A model generated the notes under the pieces. The model was not told where the DNA came from. It did no database searches and saw only the letters and a list, made by a program, of their open reading frames with translations. A stretch of 64,000 nucleotides of DNA from the IMG/VR virus record IMGVR_UViG_3300048598_000287, positions 213,198 through 277,197 of that record; one strand, given 5' to 3'. Positions 37,951 to 47,900 of this stretch are shown here, piece by piece (the stretch's first letter is position 1; each line of letters opens with the position of its first letter). The DNA is from a virus. Taxonomy: Duplodnaviria; Caudoviricetes. A program made the translations under genes and the position numbers.

Positions 37951-39173
37951 CTATGATTTTCGATGAAAATGTTTTCTATGATGCGGTGGTCGTTACTAAT
38001 AAAGTGGACCCTAATATGAGAGGGGGGGTTCAGGCTCGTATAATAGGATATACTGATGAGATAGATGATGAGTCTCAGCCATTCGTATATCCAGAATTAA
38101 ACTGCGCGGCGGCAGTTCCGGAAAAAGGTTATTACCTTAGGGTAAAATTTGAGCATGGAAACGTCATGTCTGGACGATATGTCGCCGTATCACAGACGAA
38201 ATCTGGATTTTATCCTGATGAATATTCCGCTACGACATCATATCCAAACGTATCCGTATATAATATGGGCGGAGACGGATATGTAAAGACATATGACAGG
38301 GCAAAGCAGGTTACCCAGATAGATTGTCCTAATGGCGCGCATGCCACATGGGATGGTGACGGGAACATTATCATGACAAGCGATAAAGCATATGAACATG
38401 CAGGAGATGGAGCTAGACAGGAGGCAGGAAAGGCCGAACATAATGTTCTTACCGAAGCTACTATTGATATATTCACCTGTATGCCGGTAGGCGCAGGAAC
38501 TCTTCATCAAGGAAGCGAGTATCTTACTATCCCTCATGTTTCAGCAAGGACGATAAAATCATATTCTTCACCATCCGCCGACCCTTCTACTGACGATGCG
38601 GTTCCTATGGTATCCGGTGATCCATCAGCCATTACACTTCCTATAAATAACGCCAATGGCGAAAAGGTGGATGAGGTGGAACTTTCTCTTACTAAAAACT
38701 ATATATCCAGAGTTGATAAGAAAATAGATAAAATCATAATCGGGGTCAGCGATGTCAAAAGCTTCCCGGCAATGGCTGAAGAATTCATGAAACCAGGATC
38801 TCAATCAAGTGCTCATTATCTGATAGGAAGAATTGACGGTGATCCTGAAATTGCTTCGGAAACGGTAAACAAAACGCTTACTAACAGCGGATTCTTACAG
38901 TTCATTCAGCTTGACCAGGATGCATATTATGCCGGAGGAGTGTATGATTCAACTGGAGAATGCGCGAACAAGAATGCCGTGTCCATTGTGCTTATAGCAT
39001 CGGAAAATAAGCTGTCCAGTATAAGCGGATATACGCAGTTTCAAAAAGATACGGTCAAGGAACTTATAGTTCATATAAGGACTACTGCAAAAGATGATAC
39101 CATCCCTGTTGTGCTGGCAAGCACATTGTCCGGGGTTCCTAAACTTCCTGCTATAACGGAAAAGTTTGAATAG
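37941..39173 (+). CDS. gp5-like baseplate hub/spike OB-fold protein with a degenerate amidase_2-like C-terminal domain
   Basis: VVTNKVDPNMRGGVQARIIG...PEKG...VKFEHG (gp5/VgrG OB); SAHYLIGRIDG, AYYAG, NKNAVSIVL, YTQFQ (amidase_2-like). Start may be 37953. Confidence 0.65.
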   Translation: MRVAMIFDENVFYDAVVVTNKVDPNMRGGVQARIIGYTDEIDDESQPFVYPELNCAAAVPEKGYYLRVKFEHGNVMSGRYVAVSQTKSGFYPDEYSATTSYPNVSVYNMGGDGYVKTYDRAKQVTQIDCPNGAHATWDGDGNIIMTSDKAYEHAGDGARQEAGKAEHNVLTEATIDIFTCMPVGAGTLHQGSEYLTIPHVSARTIKSYSSPSADPSTDDAVPMVSGDPSAITLPINNANGEKVDEVELSLTKNYISRVDKKIDKIIIGVSDVKSFPAMAEEFMKPGSQSSAHYLIGRIDGDPEIASETVNKTLTNSGFLQFIQLDQDAYYAGGVYDSTGECANKNAVSIVLIASENKLSSISGYTQFQKDTVKELIVHIRTTAKDDTIPVVLASTLSGVPKLPAITEKFE

Positions 39174-39199
39174 AAAATGCCCGGAATACGGGCATTTTC
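39173..39199. terminator. Bidirectional terminator between convergent genes
   Basis: GAAAATGCCCG-GAATA-CGGGCATTTTC. Confidence 0.85.
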
Positions 39200-39218
39200 A
39201 TTACATAATTTGCATCAA

Positions 39219-40190
39219 TCACATAGAAAATAGATCTGCGTCTTCGCTGGATTTCGAATCATTCACTGTTTTCTTTGCATGGATACGGTCTAATGAGCGT
39301 TTTTTTATATTATTCATATAATCTTTGCTACTCAGACTGGCGAACATGTTAGGTTTCGCTGTCGTTCCCGATTTAAGCTTTCTTGTAATAACCCTGAAGA
39401 AATCAGACATGACTGATTCAACTTGAGATTTGTCTTCGAACGGAGAGAATTCATCCTCCAGGGTATCATGATTATATCCTATAGGATCTGTCGGGGATGA
39501 TTTTCTATATGTTTCATATGCTTCTCCCGTGCCTTTTTCTTCTGCTATTTTCTTAAGCTCTTCCATGGTGAGTTCATGAGCATTCTCACGGTCTTTAATG
39601 TCTTCATATCCGGATTTAGAAGAAAATTCATTATTGAATGCCGAATCAATTGCATCTTTGGCAGGTATGATTTTTGCACTTTTAGGAGAAGTCACCTTTG
39701 TTGTGTAGTCATTGGTTTTTTCCTGTATATTTTCAAGGATCTTTTTTATCTTGTTCTTATTTGATTCCACTGAAAGTTCGGACGGACTCATATTGCTATT
39801 ATAATTGACTGAGAATGATTTAAGCAATATTATCAACTTGTTGATGTAATGAGCAAGTGATATCGGCTTACCATATTCAATATATGAATCAATGAGATCT
39901 TTTCCGAAGCTAGTTGATGATTCTGCTGTGTGCTCGTTGGGATGGGTTTCTACGGGCGGTTCTTTTTGAATGTCGTCCCCTAAGTTTAATTCATTCTGCT
40001 CATCACTGGTGGGAAGGACAGTGCCATATTCATCTGATTCCGGGTTTGAAATATCGTCTTCCGGATAATCAGAAAAGGAATGCGATGATTCAAAACACGT
40101 ACGATATAGATTACATATCGTCATATAATCGTTATTGCCAAGTCCAAGCTTTGATATAGCGGATTCAAATAATGATAATGAAGTTTTCAT
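39219..40190 (-). CDS. Hypothetical late protein with a conserved N-terminal leader
   Basis: Late motif at 40215-40223; N-terminus similar to the 53420 protein. Confidence 0.7.
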   Translation of the reverse strand: MKTSLSLFESAISKLGLGNNDYMTICNLYRTCFESSHSFSDYPEDDISNPESDEYGTVLPTSDEQNELNLGDDIQKEPPVETHPNEHTAESSTSFGKDLIDSYIEYGKPISLAHYINKLIILLKSFSVNYNSNMSPSELSVESNKNKIKKILENIQEKTNDYTTKVTSPKSAKIIPAKDAIDSAFNNEFSSKSGYEDIKDRENAHELTMEELKKIAEEKGTGEAYETYRKSSPTDPIGYNHDTLEDEFSPFEDKSQVESVMSDFFRVITRKLKSGTTAKPNMFASLSSKDYMNNIKKRSLDRIHAKKTVNDSKSSEDADLFSM

Positions 40191-40214
40191 GAAAGTTGCA
40201 CGCTAATTTAATAA

Positions 40215-40258
40215 TAGTTTATATATCTGGCATGAAAAGCGCATCGCATTATAAACTA
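40215..40258. promoter_or_regulatory. Divergent pair of TATAAACTA motifs (40215-40223 minus, 40250-40258 plus)
   Basis: Two exact copies in a 92-bp divergent intergenic region. Confidence 0.8.
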
Positions 40259-40282
40259 TGATCGTAACTGAGAGAGTATAAT

Positions 40283-43200
40283 ATGGCAAGAAGAACGCAG
40301 ATAACTAAACGGGGTCTTGAATTACTGGCATCCAGCTCGAAGGCGACAGGCCAGCACTGGTGGATCGGCTGGTATTCCCTGGCATACGTTCCTCAGGAAA
40401 TGAAAAATGATTCCGGAGAAGTCATAACATCAAGCTCCACCAAGCTTACGACTGGCGGAGACATGATATACAATATCTTTCAGGGCGACATGAAGGGTGA
40501 CGGATACGCCTATTCAGATACTAATTCTAAGTTTGGCATGGTGAATTATGACAGCAATGTGAAAAAGAATTATAGGTATGTCCTTGATTCGTCTGGAAGA
40601 AACAATCTTGTTACATGGGTGGACGGGGATTCCGGACTTAAAGGCGCATATGTATATCGCGGGGTTCAGATATCATCTGATTCAGGAACAGTAGAAAAAA
40701 CATCTTCCAACATACCGGTTCCGGCACCGCTTTTTTATACAGGGGCATCTCCTGCAGAGCGTGGATATTCATCAACTGGAATGTCGGCTTTCCTTAAAGC
40801 AGGAAAGACGGATGACGTATCTAATTTTTTCCCCACGGATACTGTAGGTACGGTAACGGTTCCTAGAATATCTACGGATTTTAGAAAATACAATGCATAC
40901 AAGTCAGGATTCAGTGTTGGCGGTGATACCGGAAGTTATTCCGGAAATCTTCCTATAACGGGAATGGACGTCGATGGATGGCTAGCTTCAGATCAGACAT
41001 ACACACAGGGTGACAGCACAGACATGAGCTATGACTATAATGCGTATTGCCATGAATACTGGAAAGCACTTAGCATATCCAATTTTAATCGATATTGTGC
41101 CCCGGTGAATAATTCCGGATTGTCATATGACGATGATACAGGATGTCGTAACATGGCAAAGGTTACAAAATATTTTCCGGTTTACGCCTATGATGTTACA
41201 AGTACGGAAACGACTGACAGTAATGAATATGTTACTGGAATACGGATCAAGATAAAGATTAACTTGATGGCGAAGTCATCTTCATCGGAACCATATTATT
41301 CACCGGCAGAAGCTAATGAAGATGGAACAGGAGTAGCCTCTCTTACCGATGCATTCTCTAATGTAACTGATGGTGCAGGGAATCAGATATTCGCATCAAA
41401 CAGCATTTCTTTCAAGTTCAACCGTATGGGAATTTATGCGGTTCCAATGAGGCAGTATGGATGCACTGATAATAATGCGACCAATGCCCAGTATCAGATA
41501 GATACAGAATCTGAACCGGTGCTTTTCGCAATATGCGATTTAGATGCAACGACGACTATTAGTGATGCCAGTGACGGTCTTAATGAGTTTGAATCAGATG
41601 TGTTCTTCGATCTTTCTTCCGCAGTTGCCGATTCTGCCGTTATCAGGGAAAGCGCGGTATTCTATAATCTTTATTCGGATGACTCCATTGAATGGTATAA
41701 AAATCAATTGATCGCAAACGCGTCAACTGCGGAAGCGGTCACTAACATGCAAATAGAACTTGGATATCTAAAGAATAAGTCATCTTCTTCAGGAACGTGT
41801 TGCCCTAATGCGGCGGGAAAAAGTGAGGAAAAATCAACATATAGTGGGCTTAGGAACCTAGTAGATGCCAAGGATCTTAATTCGAATTCAGTGAGAAACC
41901 GACTGGCATATGAAGAAGGAGAAGATATCTCTGCCATATATGATTCGGTAACATCGGCGGCCAATTTTGTGGGAACTACAAATGGCAACTTAATCATAAG
42001 GGAATCTGCTGGCGGAACTGCTATGCTTGCCGGAGGATTTTCCGGAGCACAGACAGCAAAAGAAACGGTAGTCACCTTTGATAATAAAATATTTATCTAT
42101 CAGGTAATTGATGATACCCTTGCTTATACAAGAGCATATGGCGTGCCAAAAACAAATATCGGTAAATATTCCATATTGACGTGCCCATATTATGAACTGT
42201 CCTCGGTTGCATTAGATGAAAGTAATTCACGCGATGTTTATGAATATGATGATAATACGTATAATCCATATATAAATAAGACAACCCAGATTACGACTAT
42301 ATATAGAACGGGCATCTATGCTAGTAATAATAAGGCTACTATAACAAAATCCTCAGAAGGAATATCTACGACGACGGTCGTGGATGGAGTTACGACAACT
42401 ACTGACGGGATGTCATTGATCGCATCAGATAGTGATTTGGTTAATGAGATTAGCGCCGAGTTTAATGATCACGAAACAGAAAGGGCATATACATTCCCAT
42501 ATGAGCATAATCAGGATGGAACCGTTTATAAGGCAGTCACCTATAAATTTCCAAGGGCATTATTTTATAAAGTATCGACATCGTTATTTACCGATATAAA
42601 TAATAGAATCTCCTCAACGGGATGGAAAATTCCAACTAAAGCAGAATGGGCATATATAATAAATGCCACTGATAATGATTTTATAAAGAGATTCCGGGGA
42701 GAAACCCCATATTGGGCAGGAATAACCGATTCCGGCACTGGAGGAACATATCCGTTAGGAGGCGTATATCAAAGCCATTCCGGATGGGGAATCACGTATG
42801 GAAGCGCAGATTTGCCTTGTGCATATTTTGCCATAAGTGACGATGCGGACAATGTGGTACGATTTGACGGAACTACACTTAGCATAGTATCCAGACCATC
42901 GACGACTGACTATTCTGTAGGATATGTTCCATTGATCCTTATTCATGAAAGCAATATCGCCATTCCTGCAATAACAGACTATGCACTTGGCTCGGATTCA
43001 TATGCATTGATGCAGGGATCCGTCTCCGATGGAGAGCATGACCTTAACGCTAGCGAAGATAGCGTTATGCATGATTCTCCTTACAGCTCTATGTTAAGCG
43101 GATACTACAATTATGTTAATAGATCATCGTTCACTACGCTTTTGGGGGGACACGATAACATAATAAATAATACGCTGTATGGTGAAATACATGGATACAA

Positions 43201-44857
43201 TAATTTAGTCAATGGAAGCAGTGAAAATCCAAATACGTCGATGCGGCTAACCGGACGGGATAATGAAATATCCGGGCGTATTGTAAATTCAGATCTTAAC
43301 ATATGGGGTAGCTGGGTTCGAAGCGCGTTGATTTCTGAGAGTGCCGTATATGGAAGGAACATAACGGTAAATGCAGCTATTGTAAATAGTTTCATTAATT
43401 CATATGATTTAGATGTTACCTCTATCATATCGGATTCCATAATTAACGGCGAAGGCAAATTTGGAAATGTCATATCATCGCTATGCCTTACCGGAAAAGA
43501 TTCATCTGAAAAATTAGGACAGATCGACTATTCTGCCTTGATAGCATATAATGCCAGTATTACGGAAAAGATAACGGGCAGCGGAAATTGTCAGAATTCA
43601 CATTCAGTCATAATGTTTTCTGAGGGAGATGACCTTAGCAGCTATATATATCATAGTGATATAAATATGGACATCCCATTTAAGGACAATGGATTTGAAT
43701 CATCTTATATGAACTGTGTCTTGGAAGATGTCCATGTATCGCATAGTAGTATAAATATGACAAGTTCCTCTATAGGTTCTAATTATATACATGAGGCCCT
43801 CGTTGAACATAAGGGAGAAGTGAATCACTCGTTTATAACAGGATGGTCTGATTTATTTACTCTTGCAGAAGCTACAGGAAATAGCCATAAGATAGATTAT
43901 GGTGTGATGATGCTAGATGATAGCCGTATATGCAGAAGTGATTGCTCATATGTAGATGTCTCTGGGCATGATATATGCTTTACGTCTTCTACACTGAAAT
44001 ATTCAACTCTGCGCGGAGATAATAATTCATTATACCATTCCAATATAAGCTATTCCAGTATAATAGGGAAAACTAATTCTTTACTTCAGCTTACATCTGA
44101 GAATTTGCATGTCTTCGGAACTTTCCAATACACATCAAATCCACCCAGGACACTGAATAACATGCTGATGCTAACCGCCATAGATGGAACCACCGTAGGA
44201 ACCGGTACTGATCAGGCGGAAGGTTATATATCCACCTTTTCTGACGCTATTATAGGTAATGCGAATAATTATCCCATGATAGTGAGCATGGGTGGAATTG
44301 GCATGTACATGAATAAGATGTGGCTGGGAAATGAAGGAGTTTCCGCCGGTAAATCCCCTGCGATAGGAGATGTGCTCAGAGTTGTCGGAAACGAAGGCAA
44401 TCTTGCGACTGTATCATGGGGAGCCGGGGGAAATAGCGCATCGACTGAATATCTATGCCAAAGTGTATATTCTACAGATTCAGTAAATACTGGTAGCTTA
44501 AAGCTAATGAAGAATTATGATGCCGATTGGACATCTAATGGATATACACATTCATGTATGCAAAGCGCTGGATATAGGTCGGCTGATGGCGGATATGTGA
44601 ATATATCATCCGGAAAATATAGAATAGACTGGTCGGTTGCATTTAACAGTACAGCCTCGGTATGTTTTTATAGCCTTATTGGAAATCCTGTATTTTATGG
44701 ATCCGCTAAATATGATGTTAATTTTCCTAATGCGTATTTCACCGGAAATTCTGGTTCCCTTATTGTTTCTGCTTCTACAGACAGCACCGTTTGCATAGAA
44801 GCTTCTGGAACCGGTATATTTAATGGCTCTTCTGTAATGATAACAAAGCTGTTGTGA
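40283..44857 (+). CDS. Tail fibre / receptor-binding protein (1524 aa)
   Basis: N-terminal ITKRGLELLA and FNRMGIYA...LFAI resemble tail-collar/fibre anchors; internal GWKIPTKAEW module; long Ser/Ile/Asn beta-helix-like region. Confidence 0.6.
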   Translation: MARRTQITKRGLELLASSSKATGQHWWIGWYSLAYVPQEMKNDSGEVITSSSTKLTTGGDMIYNIFQGDMKGDGYAYSDTNSKFGMVNYDSNVKKNYRYVLDSSGRNNLVTWVDGDSGLKGAYVYRGVQISSDSGTVEKTSSNIPVPAPLFYTGASPAERGYSSTGMSAFLKAGKTDDVSNFFPTDTVGTVTVPRISTDFRKYNAYKSGFSVGGDTGSYSGNLPITGMDVDGWLASDQTYTQGDSTDMSYDYNAYCHEYWKALSISNFNRYCAPVNNSGLSYDDDTGCRNMAKVTKYFPVYAYDVTSTETTDSNEYVTGIRIKIKINLMAKSSSSEPYYSPAEANEDGTGVASLTDAFSNVTDGAGNQIFASNSISFKFNRMGIYAVPMRQYGCTDNNATNAQYQIDTESEPVLFAICDLDATTTISDASDGLNEFESDVFFDLSSAVADSAVIRESAVFYNLYSDDSIEWYKNQLIANASTAEAVTNMQIELGYLKNKSSSSGTCCPNAAGKSEEKSTYSGLRNLVDAKDLNSNSVRNRLAYEEGEDISAIYDSVTSAANFVGTTNGNLIIRESAGGTAMLAGGFSGAQTAKETVVTFDNKIFIYQVIDDTLAYTRAYGVPKTNIGKYSILTCPYYELSSVALDESNSRDVYEYDDNTYNPYINKTTQITTIYRTGIYASNNKATITKSSEGISTTTVVDGVTTTTDGMSLIASDSDLVNEISAEFNDHETERAYTFPYEHNQDGTVYKAVTYKFPRALFYKVSTSLFTDINNRISSTGWKIPTKAEWAYIINATDNDFIKRFRGETPYWAGITDSGTGGTYPLGGVYQSHSGWGITYGSADLPCAYFAISDDADNVVRFDGTTLSIVSRPSTTDYSVGYVPLILIHESNIAIPAITDYALGSDSYALMQGSVSDGEHDLNASEDSVMHDSPYSSMLSGYYNYVNRSSFTTLLGGHDNIINNTLYGEIHGYNNLVNGSSENPNTSMRLTGRDNEISGRIVNSDLNIWGSWVRSALISESAVYGRNITVNAAIVNSFINSYDLDVTSIISDSIINGEGKFGNVISSLCLTGKDSSEKLGQIDYSALIAYNASITEKITGSGNCQNSHSVIMFSEGDDLSSYIYHSDINMDIPFKDNGFESSYMNCVLEDVHVSHSSINMTSSSIGSNYIHEALVEHKGEVNHSFITGWSDLFTLAEATGNSHKIDYGVMMLDDSRICRSDCSYVDVSGHDICFTSSTLKYSTLRGDNNSLYHSNISYSSIIGKTNSLLQLTSENLHVFGTFQYTSNPPRTLNNMLMLTAIDGTTVGTGTDQAEGYISTFSDAIIGNANNYPMIVSMGGIGMYMNKMWLGNEGVSAGKSPAIGDVLRVVGNEGNLATVSWGAGGNSASTEYLCQSVYSTDSVNTGSLKLMKNYDADWTSNGYTHSCMQSAGYRSADGGYVNISSGKYRIDWSVAFNSTASVCFYSLIGNPVFYGSAKYDVNFPNAYFTGNSGSLIVSASTDSTVCIEASGTGIFNGSSVMITKLL

Positions 44858-44923
44858 ACTAGATAGGACGAATATCCGGTGAAGCGAAAGAAACGTCTTC
44901 CCTTTAGGGAGGGAGTAGTTCAC
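44854..44923. mobile_element. 70-bp miniature remnant of an IS200/IS605 (TnpB-type) element
   Basis: Ends in CTTCCCTTTAGGGAGGGAGTAGTTCAC (hairpin with a TTTA loop, then GTTCAC, as in IS605-group right ends). Begins with the inverted 8-mer GTGAACTA. Confidence 0.55.
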
Positions 44924-44939
44924 TGTCAGAATATATATA

Positions 44940-44948
44940 TATAAACTA
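44940..44948 (+). promoter_or_regulatory. Late-promoter-like motif TATAAACTA
   Basis: Exact motif; suggests the real start of the next gene is 44981 or 44990. Confidence 0.75.
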
Positions 44949-47900
44949 TGTATGAAATTAGGCCCATACCAGGGATTTTTATGTCAAAAATGAGTGAAGT
45001 GATATTGGAAGCGACTACCACGGATATCTACAGTGGAAACGAGATGGCAAACGCGGTTTCTGAAATGCTTAAATATGAGTTCGTCATACCTAATTCTGCC
45101 GTTTCTTCTAATAATGCAATTCTTTCTGGTAATGATGTAAAGAAGACTGATAAAACGGATGACGGATCTTTTTATTATAAGATTAATTTTCTTTCTGCCG
45201 TTGATGCGTATGAGCATTTCCAAAAGAAGATCGCGACATTAAATGATTTTTTATCTGGACTTGGGGCGGCGGTTGAACTTGAAAGCGGAAAATCTCCACT
45301 TTATGGCAGTGGCGAAACTGCGGATAAATATCCACTTGCATCAAAGATACCTGAAGGAAGTAAGCTTTTTGAAAGTTTTGCAAAGATTATCGGAGCAGGA
45401 ATAGGCACGTTCAGTTCTGACATGGTAGAGGAAAAAACTGATTCTTCCGGAACGACTATACATCGCATAGGGGATTCTGATAAAAGAAGCACGGAAACGG
45501 TCACTAATGCCACCATGTCTTATTTTAAACATCTCGAATCAGCGCTAGATAATACTATATATCTGCAAACATTAGGCGATGCTGAATATCCTTCGGTAAA
45601 ACAGATATGCTCCGCTATGGTAGAATTCATATTTGATACTTTTATAGGCATAAAGAAAGTTACTAGGACGCCTTCTACAGTATCATTTTCTTCCCTGTTT
45701 GCACCTGAGGCAAGCGATGATGCTACACCGGAAATAAAAGCCAACCGTGACCGGCTAAGCCAGATACTGTATAATGCCGTAATTCAGGGAGAAAGCGGAA
45801 TTAATAATGCGGATAAGGAAGTTGGCGGTCCTGATGCCGATATACATGGCAGTTATGGAAATAAGTGGAGCATAGCGAATGCGGGAACGACTGATTTGAG
45901 GGAGATTCCGGCAGCAAAAGAAAACATCGATAAGATAAAGACAAGCAAGGTATATCCTAAATATGCAGTGGATGTCATACGGCTTGGGAATGCCACCATA
46001 GATAAGATGGAATACAATGCGCCAAAGATTATGGACATTTTTAAGCATATTCTGAGTGCGTCCGGGCATGAAGCCGTTGCAAATAATATGAAAATTGTGA
46101 AAGACGGATTTCTTGATGTAACGGTAGACGACTTTTTAGATGCAGTTAACGATCCTAAGGTACGTGGAAACAACGCGTGTATCAAAGGAAAGATGTTCAG
46201 CAAGAATAATATCGACTGGAAGGATATTACCCGAGATATAAAGAATGCGGTTCCCGGAAATGGATCCCGTGCATTTTATGTAGTAGGTGAATCCAGGAAG
46301 GAAAATAGCCAGGGTGAACAGACGTCACCTGATTCGGTAGGGCAGCAGAGAAAAGAAATGGTTTCTGGCGATGTGATCAGTAATGACGGATCAATAATGC
46401 TTGCCTTACGGGATGGCAATGAACTTAAAATAGATGTTAACTCCATAGAAGACAGCATTCCTACATTTAACGATTATGTATATGACCATGTGTACTGCCG
46501 TAAGAATTCAACTACATATTTTCTATGCATCCTTCATGGGATAAGCTTTGTCGCCCCTCTTGGAGAAAATGACGAGGTGAGCACTGTCCTTACGCCAAAG
46601 ACGATTTCTGCAGGATTACATAAACGGGTGAAAGGCGGTAGTACAGACTTTGCCTTCTCAAGTTTTGCCGAGGCAAAAAAATCCGGAATATACAAATATT
46701 GCGATGCGGTAAGCAAAGGCCTTATTAAAGGTCGGATTAAAAGCATGTCTCCGCAATTTTCTATGGAAGGAAACGGCAAATTGATCGCCTTGATTGATAA
46801 GATCAAGGAATTGAAATTTTCTGGTAATGACGATGCTGCTTATGAACTTATGTCAGAGGCGGTTAAGAAAATTAGTGCGTTCGGACCATTTGCTCAGGAA
46901 AAGTATAAAGGAAATACGGGAATGATGGAATTTTCTGACATTCCTGTAACTGATGAAACTGAAGTCACAAATACGTTACGCGGAATATATGATCTAGACA
47001 AAACCGGAAAATATACCAAGGAAGATGTAATATCTATATTGAACGCCATTAAGCCGGGTGAATGGGAAATATCGGGGTGGAATTTTGCCAAGACCAAAAA
47101 GGCTGTCACTGCAGAGGAAAAAGAAGATGAAACCCCGGATGGCCAGGGATATGATTCTGATGCCGGCACTAATGAATTGGCTGCCGTGCCCAGTGAGGAT
47201 GACGTTATAAAGGCAAATGCCAAGGAATCCATCGGATCAGAAATGTCATTCCTGGATGCAACGGAAGACCTTATGGGAAAGGTCACATCTTCATTGAATA
47301 CGTCCAGCAGCATGGAAGCGGTTAAACATGATCTGAACTTGGCAATAAATGCTATTAAAGTCACTGATGTGACTGATCAGCAGATGATGAATAAGCTGAC
47401 ATCATCAATAAAGAATATAAATGCGGATAATCCTGCGGACTGGGTAGAGACTGCCAGCGATATGATCGATAATGCCCACCGGGCGGCAGAATTCATCCAG
47501 GGAGAAGACGATACATTCAGCATTGATTCTATAGCGGCGGCAGTTAACTTTTCCGCCGGAAATAAGCAGAAGAACACGCTGAAAGCGGAAATACGTAATT
47601 ACATAAATGGGAATGTGGAAGGAAAGGGAATTCCGGACACTAAAAAGATAAATGACCTTTCTGATAAATGCACCGATATCATATTCGCCCTGGCCAGGAT
47701 AGGCGATAGTAATGCGTCTGCTTTTGGATCTTTAGATGTCGGGGTTAATGGTAAAATATTTAATGCTGTCAATCTTAAAACGGCATATCAAAATTATGCC
47801 AAGAAATCCGGAGAAACTATAGCCATAAAGGACGTATCCATAAAGGCAGCCTGCGATTTTCTGGCTGGAGGAGATGGACATGCCGGGACGCTTTCTGGAA

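Noticed and set aside
42560-44857. Diversity-generating retroelement targeting the lectin-like fibre module
   Set aside because: No reverse transcriptase and no TR/VR pair differing at adenines seen in the window.
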